Below, in pieces: positions 1-10,582 of a DNA stretch of 22,913 bases. The DNA is from Candidatus Omnitrophota bacterium (GTDB lineage Bacteria; Omnitrophota; Gorgyraeia; JABMRG01; JAFGKX01), in NCBI GenBank assembly GCA_020354945.1, contig CP070655.1, positions 222,187 through 245,099 of the forward strand, read 5' to 3'. The notes beneath the pieces are model-generated. The model did not search any database. It was given only the letters and a program-made list of their open reading frames with translations, and was not told the DNA's origin. A program made the translations under genes and the position numbers. Every line of letters begins with the position of its first letter. Position 1 is the first letter of the stretch.

Positions 1-1072
<1,072 letters not shown>

Positions 1073-1148
1073 CTTGCATTATTATTGATGCTAATTTGTA
1101 GCAACTTGGCTATGTAATTGTCTATATATTTATTCTCAATGTTCGTAA

Positions 1149-1183
1149 TATACGAGATACGATTCACGAACAACGGGATACGA
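1149..1183. repeat. Heptamer tandem array (consensus GATACGA) in the 23S-5S spacer
   Basis: TATACGA GATACGA TTCACGA ACAACGG GATACGA, exact 7-nt period. Confidence 0.7.
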
Positions 1184-1186
1184 ATT

Positions 1187-1303
1187 TGCCAGTAGCCAGA
1201 GAGAGGGGGCCACACCCGTTCCCATTCCGAATACGGAAGTTAAGCCCCTCATCGCTGATGGTACTGTACCCTTCGGGTATGGGAGAGTAAGTCGCTGCTG
1301 GCT
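1187..1303 (+). rRNA. rrf: 5S rRNA
   Basis: Terminal helix GCCAGTAGC(1188-1196)/GCTGCTGGC(1294-1302); motifs CACCCGTTCCCATTCCGAATACGGAAGTTAAG, GATGGTACT and GGGAGAGTA. Confidence 0.97.
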
Positions 1304-1311
1304 TTTTTATT

Positions 1312-1461
1312 GCATTTTTGTGTTACCTTCACTTGTCGCTCGCAAAAAGGATTCTTTTGCCTTCGGCAAAAGGGCACTTTTTGCTCGCTATGACAAAAAT
1401 TGCTCACTAATCGCCGGGATTTCGCAATTTTTGACAGTCGCTCCGGTAAACACAAAAATGC
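1312..1461. repeat. Branched palindromic element downstream of 5S (REP/MITE-like, or rRNA operon terminator region)
   Basis: Terminal inverted repeat GCATTTTTGTGTT(1312-1324)/AACACAAAAATGC(1449-1461) encloses two hairpins: GCAAAAAG/CTTTTTGC with inner CTTTTGCC/GGCAAAAG, and CAAAAATTGC/GCAATTTTTG. Confidence 0.7.
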
Positions 1462-1493
1462 CATTTTTTCGCTAAGTGGTTACAGAAATTTTC

Positions 1494-1521
1494 TTGACAA
1501 TTGAATATTATATGGTATAGT
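1494..1521 (+). promoter_or_regulatory. Sigma70-type promoter of the rib operon
   Basis: TTGACA(1494-1499)-16 nt-TATAGT(1516-1521) with extended -10 TG. The predicted start site coincides with the riboswitch 5' end. Confidence 0.75.
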
Positions 1522-1526
1522 AAACA

Positions 1527-1646
1527 GCGTCTTCGGGAGTGGGTGCAAGTCCCACCTGGTCGTTAAAGCCGACGAGCCCCGAATATTCGGGGTTGAGCCA
1601 GTGAAATTCTGGCGCCAACGGTAAAAGTCCGGATGAGAGAAGGCAG
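1527..1646 (+). promoter_or_regulatory. FMN riboswitch (RFN element) aptamer
   Basis: P1 GTCTTC/GAAGGC; T-loop hairpins GGGTGCAAGTCCC and CCAGTGAAATTCTGG; 3' signature AGTCCGGATGAGAGAAG; lies directly upstream of ribBA. Confidence 0.95.
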
Positions 1647-1675
1647 AAAAATTAAAAAATTTAAAAGTAAAAATT

Positions 1676-1705
1676 ATCCCGAAGGCGACTTCGGGATTTT
1701 TATTT
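1676..1705 (+). terminator. Intrinsic terminator, expression platform of the FMN riboswitch
   Basis: ATCCCGAAG-GCGA-CTTCGGGAT followed by TTTTATTT. Its 5' arm TCCCGAAG is also complementary to aptamer 5' strand CTTCGGGA (1531-1538), giving an antiterminator. Confidence 0.85.
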
Positions 1706-1767
1706 AAATAAGCCCCCGAGACTTAGTGGCGAATTTAATCCAGAGGAGCGAAACAACGGGAGATCTC

Positions 1768-2973
1768 ATGAAATTCAACAGCATAGAAGAAATAATAAAA
1801 GATATAAAAAGAGGCAAGACAGTCATCGTAATAGATGATGAGTCCCGCGAAAATGAAGGCGATCTTGTTGCGGCAGCGTCTTTTGTTACGCCTGAAGCAA
1901 TAAATTTTATGGCAAAGCATGGACGCGGCCTTATTTGTATTGCGTTAGAAGGCAAACGTATGGATGAATTAAATCTTCACCCTATGTTCAGCGGCGCTCA
2001 CACGCCATTCGGAACATCATGGGGCATCTCAGTTGATGCGAAAAAAGACACAACCACAGGCATTTCTGCTTACGATAGGGCCAGAACTGTAAAAGTTTTG
2101 ATTGACAAAAAGGCAAAGCCGCAACATTTAATGAGACCCGGACACATATTTCCTTTAAGAGCAAAACAGGGTGGCGTACTGGTAAGAGCCGGACATACTG
2201 AGGCGGCAGTTGATTTGGCAAGATTAGCCGGTGTTTATCCTGCAGGCGTGATATGCGAGATTATGAAAGATGACGGCACCATGGCTCGTACCATGGACTT
2301 GTTAGAATTCGCGAAGATACATAATTTAAAAATTTGTACGGTGGGAGAACTTATACAATACAGGAGAAAGCGCGAGAAGTTAATTAAATGTATAGCAAAG
2401 ACAAAATTGCCGAACGAGTATGGCAAATTCAATCTTTATGTATACGAATCCAAGACGGACGGTAATCACCACCTGGCATTAATTAAAGGTGATATAAAAA
2501 ATACAAAAATACCTGTTTTAGTAAGAGTTCATTCGGAATGCCTTACCGGCGATGTCTTTGGTTCAAAAAGATGCGATTGCGGACTTCAACTCAAACAGGC
2601 ATTACATGAGATTTCAAAAGCAGATAAAGGAGCCCTGCTTTATATGCGGCAAGAAGGCCGTGGAATAGGCCTAGTGAATAAACTTAAGGCTTATGTTTTG
2701 CAGGATAAAGGACTTGATACAGTGGAAGCTAATAAAGCATTGGGATTTAAACCTGATTTAAGGGATTATGGAATAGGGGCACAGATTTTAGCTGATCTAG
2801 GCTTAAAAAAGATCAGATTACTCACGAACAACCCGTGTAAGATTATTGGATTAGAGGGATACGGGTTAAAGATAGTAGAAAGGGTGCCGTTGGAAGTAAA
2901 ACCACACAGGAGGAATAAAAATTATTTAAAGGCAAAAAAGGAAAAGTTAGGGCATATGCTGGAGCATGTGTAG
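1768..2973 (+). CDS. ribBA: Bifunctional 3,4-dihydroxy-2-butanone 4-phosphate synthase / GTP cyclohydrolase II
   Basis: [37 protein letters not shown] and LLTNNP motifs. ATG 1768 chosen for the GGGAG RBS (ORF track starts at 1726). Confidence 0.97.
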   Translation: MKFNSIEEIIKDIKRGKTVIVIDDESRENEGDLVAAASFVTPEAINFMAKHGRGLICIALEGKRMDELNLHPMFSGAHTPFGTSWGISVDAKKDTTTGISAYDRARTVKVLIDKKAKPQHLMRPGHIFPLRAKQGGVLVRAGHTEAAVDLARLAGVYPAGVICEIMKDDGTMARTMDLLEFAKIHNLKICTVGELIQYRRKREKLIKCIAKTKLPNEYGKFNLYVYESKTDGNHHLALIKGDIKNTKIPVLVRVHSECLTGDVFGSKRCDCGLQLKQALHEISKADKGALLYMRQEGRGIGLVNKLKAYVLQDKGLDTVEANKALGFKPDLRDYGIGAQILADLGLKKIRLLTNNPCKIIGLEGYGLKIVERVPLEVKPHRRNKNYLKAKKEKLGHMLEHV

Positions 2974-2993
2974 GAGTGAAAAACAAACAATCT

Positions 2994-3042
2994 GTGAATA
3001 GTGAATAGTAGTTAGTGAATAGTAACCATTCACCATTCACCA
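2994..3042. repeat. Fold-back heptamer array (GTGAATA units, then TTCACCA units)
   Basis: GTGAATA GTGAATA GTAGTTA GTGAATA GTAACCA TTCACCA TTCACCA between ribBA and ribH. Confidence 0.8.
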
Positions 3043-3068
3043 AACCGATAGCACAAGGAGGAATTGAC

Positions 3069-3536
3069 ATGGTAAAAACAATACAGGGCGAGTTAATAGC
3101 GAAAGGAAAACGTTTTGGGATTGTGGCTTCTAGATTTAACGATTTTATAACAAAGAGATTACTTGATGCAGCGTTAGATACACTTATTCGCCATGGTGTG
3201 AAGGAATCGGAGATTGAGGTTGCCTGGGTTCCTGGTTCTTTTGAAATCCCACTTATAGCCAATAAGATGGCTAGATCAAAAAAGCATAATGCAGTTATTT
3301 GTTTGGGAACTGTAATTCGTGGAGCGACACCACATTTTGAGTACATTGCAAATGAAGCTGCTAAAGGAATAGCTCGGATAAATCTTGATACGGGCATTCC
3401 AACAGTTTTTGGCATTATAACCGCAGACAATATTGAGCAGGCTATAGAGCGGGCCGGTACAAAGGAAGGAAACAAAGGCAAAGATGCTGCATTAAGCGCT
3501 ATTGAGATGGTAAATCTGTCAGCAGTTATAAAATAG
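3069..3536 (+). CDS. ribH: 6,7-dimethyl-8-ribityllumazine synthase
   Basis: [20 protein letters not shown] and GNKG motifs. ATG 3069 follows AAGGAGG. Confidence 0.97.
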   Translation: MVKTIQGELIAKGKRFGIVASRFNDFITKRLLDAALDTLIRHGVKESEIEVAWVPGSFEIPLIANKMARSKKHNAVICLGTVIRGATPHFEYIANEAAKGIARINLDTGIPTVFGIITADNIEQAIERAGTKEGNKGKDAALSAIEMVNLSAVIK

Positions 3537-3550
3537 GCAGTGAAAATAGT

Positions 3551-3994
3551 ATGAGGAAGCGCACTAAAGCAAGAGAGCTTGCATTGCAGATACTCTATGA
3601 GCTGGATATAAAAAAAGAACCTCTTGAACCCTTTTTAGATGATTATTGGAAAAGGTCCTTTAGACAACAACTTGTAGAGAAAGGGGTTAAAGATTTCACT
3701 ACGCAATTGGTCAAAGGTACCATTGAGAATTTAGAAGAGATTGATAAACTTATTTCTTCTTATGCCAAAAACTGGCAGCTCAAAAGGATGGCAGTGATAG
3801 ATAGAAATATTATACGGATGGGCTGTTTTGAGCTGTTATTCCTTAAAGATATCCCCCTAAAAGTATCTATAAATGATGCCGTTGAATTAGCAAAAAAATA
3901 CGGAGATGTAGAATCCAGCAAATTTGTAAACGGCATTCTCGACAGAGTTAATAAAGAAAGAGTGTCTACTAAAGAAAAACAGTGGAAAGATTAG
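3551..3994 (+). CDS. nusB: Transcription antitermination factor NusB
   Basis: RTKARELALQ N-terminus, IDRNIIR, AVELAKKYG...KFVNGILD; conserved ribH-nusB linkage. Confidence 0.96.
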   Translation: MRKRTKARELALQILYELDIKKEPLEPFLDDYWKRSFRQQLVEKGVKDFTTQLVKGTIENLEEIDKLISSYAKNWQLKRMAVIDRNIIRMGCFELLFLKDIPLKVSINDAVELAKKYGDVESSKFVNGILDRVNKERVSTKEKQWKD

Positions 3995-4812
3995 CCGACC
4001 TTCATATCCATACCATTTTCTCAGACGGAACGTTTACCCCTGAAGAAGTAATGTCATATGCTAAAGGGATAGGCTTAAGTTGTATAGCCATTACTGACCA
4101 TGACTGTGTTGAGGGGGTTGAAATAGCAATAGGACTTCAGAAAACCTACGATGTCGAAGTTGTACCCGCCGTTGAAATAACTGCGCAGGAAAATAACAAA
4201 GAGCTGCATATCCTCGGCTATTTTATCGATTGGCGAAACGAAGAATTAAAAAAAATACTTGAACAAATGTGCCAAAATAGAAAAGAGCGCATATACAAAA
4301 TGGCAGATAAATTGAAAGAATATGGAATTGATGCTGATGCGGAACAGATTATTGAATACGCCGGGGGCAAAGTTATAAGCAGGCTTCATGTAGCCAAATA
4401 TTTGGTAGAAAAAGGCTTTGTCCCTTCGTTAAAAATAACTTTTGATAAATATATAGGAGATGGTAAGCCCTGCTACGTGAGCCGTTTTAGATTTTCACCA
4501 AAAGAGATAATAGATATTATAAAAGACACCGGAGGGATTGCCGTTATAGCCCATCCTGGATTGGGTAATGTAAGTAGGATATTGCCGACTCTGGTTAAAA
4601 ATGGCATTGAAGGAATTGAAGTTTATCATTCCGACCACACCGGGTCAGTTTCTAAAAAACTGGCAAAGTTTACCCGGGAACATAATCTTTTAATAACAGG
4701 TGGTTCAGATTGCCATGGCACTAACAAAAAACAAGTGCTTATGGGAAAGATAAGGCTGCCCTATAAATATGTGGAAAGACTAAAGGAATATGCAAATTAC
4801 AGAAAAAGATAA
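3982..4812 (+). CDS. PHP-domain metal-dependent phosphoesterase (TrpH/YciV-like)
   Basis: DLHIHT..SDG, ITDHD, HILGY, IAHP and GGSDCHG motifs. GTG start overlaps nusB. Confidence 0.9.
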   Translation: MERLADLHIHTIFSDGTFTPEEVMSYAKGIGLSCIAITDHDCVEGVEIAIGLQKTYDVEVVPAVEITAQENNKELHILGYFIDWRNEELKKILEQMCQNRKERIYKMADKLKEYGIDADAEQIIEYAGGKVISRLHVAKYLVEKGFVPSLKITFDKYIGDGKPCYVSRFRFSPKEIIDIIKDTGGIAVIAHPGLGNVSRILPTLVKNGIEGIEVYHSDHTGSVSKKLAKFTREHNLLITGGSDCHGTNKKQVLMGKIRLPYKYVERLKEYANYRKR

Positions 4813-5878
4813 TAACAGGTATATGTTAAGGGCCATCCATCTGGCAAAAAAGGGACTAGGCAAAACCTCCCCTAACCCGGTGGTAGGTTGCATAGTTGTA
4901 AAAGATAAGAAAATAGTTGGCGAAGGTTTTCATAAAAGCTTCGGCGCTGCCCATGCTGAGATTAAGGCCATAAATAAAGCAGGCTCAAAAGCCAAAGGTG
5001 CTTCATTATATGTAAATCTAGAACCCTGTGTGCATTTTGGTAAGACCCCTCCTTGCGTGGATGCAATAATAAAATCAGGCGTAAAAAGGGTTTTTGTTGG
5101 TATACGTGACCCTAATCCTGTAAATAACGGCAAAGGTATAAAAATACTCCGCTCTGCCGGAATAAAAGTTAAAGAAGGCATTTGCGGCAAAGAGGCTAAA
5201 GATTTAAACGCCCCTTTTATTAAATACATTACTAAAAATTTTCCTTATGTTACATTAAAGATGGCTCAGAGTTTAGACGGGAAAATCGCCACAAGATTAG
5301 GAGATTCTAAATGGATTACTTGCAAAGATTCGCGTCACCTTGTGCATCGGATAAGACAACAGGTAGATGCAGTGATGGTAGGGGTAGGAACTGTTATAAG
5401 AGACGATCCATTACTGACGAGTCATATCCCGTATCTCGCATCTCGTATATCGACTAGGCAGCCGGTGAAGATTATAGTGGATTCAAAGTTAAGAACGCCG
5501 TTAAATTCAAAAATTTTTTCTAAAAAATCCCTTGCAAAAACGATAATAGCAGCTACAAATTCAGCACCTAAAAAGAGGATAAAAAAATTATTGAAAAAAA
5601 ATGAAGAGATTTAACCGGCCAGAGGTAAAAATGGCAGAGTGGATTTAAAGGTATTGATGAAATTATTAGCAAATAAGGGTCTCATAAACATACTTCTAGA
5701 AGGGGGGGCTGAACTAGCGGCTTCTCTATTAAATGAAGGCCTTGTCGACAGAGTTTTATTTTTCATTGCCCCTAAAATTATAGGCAGCAGGAACAAAATT
5801 AGCCAGGCCTTAAATGTAAAAGGCCTGATAATGAAAAAAATAGATTGCGATTTTTTGTTCGAAGGATATCTAAAATGA
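4790..5878 (+). pseudogene. ribD: Riboflavin biosynthesis deaminase/reductase RibD, interrupted by an in-frame TAA at 5612-5614 (ORFs 4790-5614 and 5639-5878 are in the same frame)
   Basis: PNPVVG, HAE, LEPC..GKTPPC and SLDGKIA..SKWIT lie before the stop; GRVDL...LLEGG and FIAPKIIG lie after it. 5639-4790 is a multiple of 3, and the read-through length is 362 codons. Confidence 0.9.
5422..5449. repeat. Heptamer tandem array (consensus TCGTATC) inside ribD
   Basis: TCATATC CCGTATC TCGCATC TCGTATA; reverse complement of the GATACGA unit at 1149-1183. Confidence 0.7.
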
Positions 5879-6004
5879 GCACATAACTTACGGAACAAAG
5901 TGGCATAAGTTGTAAGTGTGAATTTTACTCTTGGCATCAAAGATGTCAAGAGTAACTTCGTGCATACAAATTATGTTCACTACGTTCCATAATTTGTGCA
6001 CTCA
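5876..6004. repeat. ~130-nt nested imperfect palindrome filling the ribD-ribE gap
   Basis: Central stem TTACTCTTGGCATC-AAA-GATGTCAAGAGTAA (5925-5955); outer arms TGAGCACATAACTTACGGAAC / GTTCCATAATTTGTGCACTCA. Confidence 0.75.
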
Positions 6005-6007
6005 CTT

Positions 6008-6646
6008 ATGTTTACAGGTATTATAGAAGAGCTGGGCATTGTTGAAAGTTTACAGAAAAAGGGTGCTTCAGCCGTTCTTTCTGTGAAAGCAAAAAAGGTT
6101 GTATCTGATGCTGTTTGTGGCGATAGCATATCCATAAATGGGGTCTGCCTTACGGTAATTAACAATTCGGCCGGGCTTTTAAAATTTGATATTCAAGCGG
6201 AGACTTTAAAAAAGACCAATATAGGCAATCTAAAAATTAATAACAATGTTAATCTTGAACGCGCACTTAAGGTAGATCAAAGGCTGGGTGGGCATTTCGT
6301 AACCGGCCATATCGATTGCATCTCTAAAATAAAAAGAAAACAAAAGATTAAAGGCACCGTAAAAATAGAATTTGAAATACAGCCGGCATTTTCAAAATAT
6401 ATTGTCCAAAAGGGCTCAATAGCTGTTGATGGAATTAGTTTAACCGTAGGCGAAGTTTTTAACAATTTCTTTGTAGTCTATTTAATTCCTTACACGCTTA
6501 CTAACACCACATTAGGATTTAAGAAAGAGGCTGATATTGTAAATATAGAATTAGATATATTAGTCAAAAACACAGATAAATTGTTGTCAGCCAAAGGAAA
6601 AAGCAGCGTGACCAAGGGATTTTTAACAGAACACGGTTTTATTTGA
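6008..6646 (+). CDS. ribE: Riboflavin synthase (alpha-chain type)
   Basis: MFTGIIEE N-terminus, GVCLTV, VNLERAL, GHFVTGHID, GSIAVDGISLTV (ribC in E. coli nomenclature). Confidence 0.97.
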   Translation: MFTGIIEELGIVESLQKKGASAVLSVKAKKVVSDAVCGDSISINGVCLTVINNSAGLLKFDIQAETLKKTNIGNLKINNNVNLERALKVDQRLGGHFVTGHIDCISKIKRKQKIKGTVKIEFEIQPAFSKYIVQKGSIAVDGISLTVGEVFNNFFVVYLIPYTLTNTTLGFKKEADIVNIELDILVKNTDKLLSAKGKSSVTKGFLTEHGFI

Positions 6647-6704
6647 CCTTCCTTTCTGCCACTCTTATTTCCCTAATCCGTAGTTGACATAAGCAGGTTT
6701 TTTC

Positions 6705-6733
6705 TTGATAACACTTTTTCTAAATGATACACT
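6705..6733 (+). promoter_or_regulatory. Putative sigma70 promoter for tRNA-Pro and downstream genes
   Basis: TTGATA(6705-6710)-17 nt-TACACT(6728-6733) with extended -10 TG. Confidence 0.5.
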
Positions 6734-6808
6734 ATACTAATCTAGATATTCCTCCGATGCTCACATAAGGTCGCATCGTTCGGGAGGAAATTTACAGGGT
6801 AAATTTTG

Positions 6809-6886
6809 CGGGGTGTAGCGCAGTTTGGCTAGCGCGCTTGCTTCGGGAGCAAGAGGTCGGCGGTTCAAGTCCGCCCACCCCGACCA
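6809..6886 (+). tRNA. tRNA-Pro (anticodon CGG)
   Basis: Acceptor stem CGGGGTG/CACCCCG, anticodon arm CTTGC-TTCGGGA-GCAAG, T-arm GGCGG-TTCAAGT-CCGCC, encoded CCA. Confidence 0.97.
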
Positions 6887-6976
6887 GCAATTTTTGTGAA
6901 ACAAAAATTGTCCCGAACAATACGACCTCCCTGCCGACAGGCAGGTGAATAGGAGCATTGGCAGGATGTAGTTACA

Positions 6977-7252
6977 ATGAAAAAACGAGTTCATGCATAT
7001 TATAGTGGATATGTCCATGGGGTAGGATTCAGGTTTACTGCTGAATATATAGCTAGAGACCTGAACCTTACAGGATGGGTTAAAAACCTGCCGGATGGAG
7101 GCGTAGAGGTTGTCTGCGAAGGAGATGAATCGGCTATCATGGATTTCCTGAACCGTCTTGAGGACAGGCTGAAACGCTATATTTCAAAAAGAGACATCGA
7201 TTGGCAGGAGTACAAAGGCGAATTTAAGGATTTTGACATAAGGTTCTATTAG
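6977..7252 (+). CDS. acyP: Acylphosphatase
   Basis: GYVHGVGFR and GWVKNLPDGGVE signature motifs; 91 aa. Confidence 0.93.
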   Translation: MKKRVHAYYSGYVHGVGFRFTAEYIARDLNLTGWVKNLPDGGVEVVCEGDESAIMDFLNRLEDRLKRYISKRDIDWQEYKGEFKDFDIRFY

Positions 7253-7980
7253 TGCTAAATGCAATATTTTCGGATATACATTCAAATTTGCAAGCATATG
7301 AGGCATTTATTGAAGATTGCAAGAAAGAAAAAATAGATAAATATTATTGTGTCGGCGACATAGTAGGATATGGCGCAAATCCCAGAGAGTGCATTAAGCT
7401 TACTAAAGAGTTAGATTGTCCAATTGTTTGCGGAAACCATGACTGGGCAGTTGCAGGTAAATTGTCAACTGATTATTTTAATCCGCGTGCAAAACAGGCT
7501 GTTTTATGGACTAAAGCCGCAATAGATGAAAAAGATAAAAATTATCTTCAAAGACTGCCCTTTGTTTATGAGGAAAGGGATTTTACTCTGGTGCATGGGA
7601 GTTTAAATTCTCCTGAAGAATTTAATTATATATTGGACCTTCGAAGCGCGACTTATAATATCAGCCTTCAAAAAAGCAAAATTTGTTTTATAGGTCATTC
7701 TCACGTGCCGGTTATATTTTTTAAACCCAAGGATAACTATGCAAATTATATAACCCAGATGGAAATAAAAATAGAGCCGGATATATTGTATTTAATAAAT
7801 GTAGGAAGCGTTGGGCAGCCGCGTGATGGTGACCGGAGAGGCTGCTATTGTATATATGACGATGAGAAGAATTCCTTGCACCTTAAGCGGTATGAATACG
7901 ATATAAAATCTGCCGGCAAGGCAATAATTGATGCAGGCTTACCGCCGTATTTGGCGCATAGATTAGAAAAGGGTAGATAA
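7252..7980 (+). CDS. Calcineurin-like metallophosphoesterase
   Basis: SDIHSN, GDIVGYG, GNHD, HGS, GHSH and NVGSVGQPRDG motifs. Confidence 0.92.
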   Translation: MLNAIFSDIHSNLQAYEAFIEDCKKEKIDKYYCVGDIVGYGANPRECIKLTKELDCPIVCGNHDWAVAGKLSTDYFNPRAKQAVLWTKAAIDEKDKNYLQRLPFVYEERDFTLVHGSLNSPEEFNYILDLRSATYNISLQKSKICFIGHSHVPVIFFKPKDNYANYITQMEIKIEPDILYLINVGSVGQPRDGDRRGCYCIYDDEKNSLHLKRYEYDIKSAGKAIIDAGLPPYLAHRLEKGR

Positions 7981-9984
<2,004 letters not shown>

Positions 9985-10055
9985 GAACAGCGGCGTTTTT
10001 CATTTAATGGTCGCAGAAAAAAATCGCTGTCTCTATTTTTGAAGGAGTAATCGAT

Positions 10056-10556
10056 ATGCTAAAAAAGACAATAGCTGTAATTTTGCTCGCAGCATGCCTG
10101 TGTTCATTAAGTGGGTGCACCGGCGAACTGCGAAAGAAGTTTGTAAGAAAGAAAAAATATGAGAAAAAACAAATACCTGTTTTTAAACCCAAGTCTTATG
10201 AGGCTGAATTTACTAAAGAACAACGTTATATAAATCATTATGCTTTTTGGAAAAACGCTCAAACTGAAATGATAAATGTACTGGGCGGCAAAGATAGAAT
10301 AAATAATAAGAAACTCAAGCTTCATGCCAATTATGCTGTTGTCGAAATTAACGAGATGTATAAACTTCTGCCGGATGAAAAAAAGCAAAGCCTAAAACCC
10401 CATATTGAGGAATTGACGGGTTTGGCAGAAAGAATAAAAGATTCTTCCTATGTTTCAGGGCATAAACATACCCTGACAAAACAGCTGAAACATATCTATA
10501 ATGTGGTGAGAGAAAATTTTTCATATACCAAGATGAAGAAGTATTTGCAGGAGTAG
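10056..10556 (+). CDS. Hypothetical lipoprotein
   Basis: AAGGAG RBS; basic-hydrophobic signal ending in an LSGC lipobox; no family recognised. Confidence 0.7.
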   Translation: MLKKTIAVILLAACLCSLSGCTGELRKKFVRKKKYEKKQIPVFKPKSYEAEFTKEQRYINHYAFWKNAQTEMINVLGGKDRINNKKLKLHANYAVVEINEMYKLLPDEKKQSLKPHIEELTGLAERIKDSSYVSGHKHTLTKQLKHIYNVVRENFSYTKMKKYLQE

Positions 10557-10582
10557 ATAAAACAGTTGTCAGTTGCTGAAAA

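Noticed and set aside
5591-5614. Frameshift at the A8 run in ribD
   Set aside because: The two ribD ORFs are in the same frame, so the lesion is an in-frame stop.
9987-10030. ACAGCG...CGCTGT hairpin after ligA as a terminator
   Set aside because: The stem is imperfect with a large loop and no U-tract, too weak to call.
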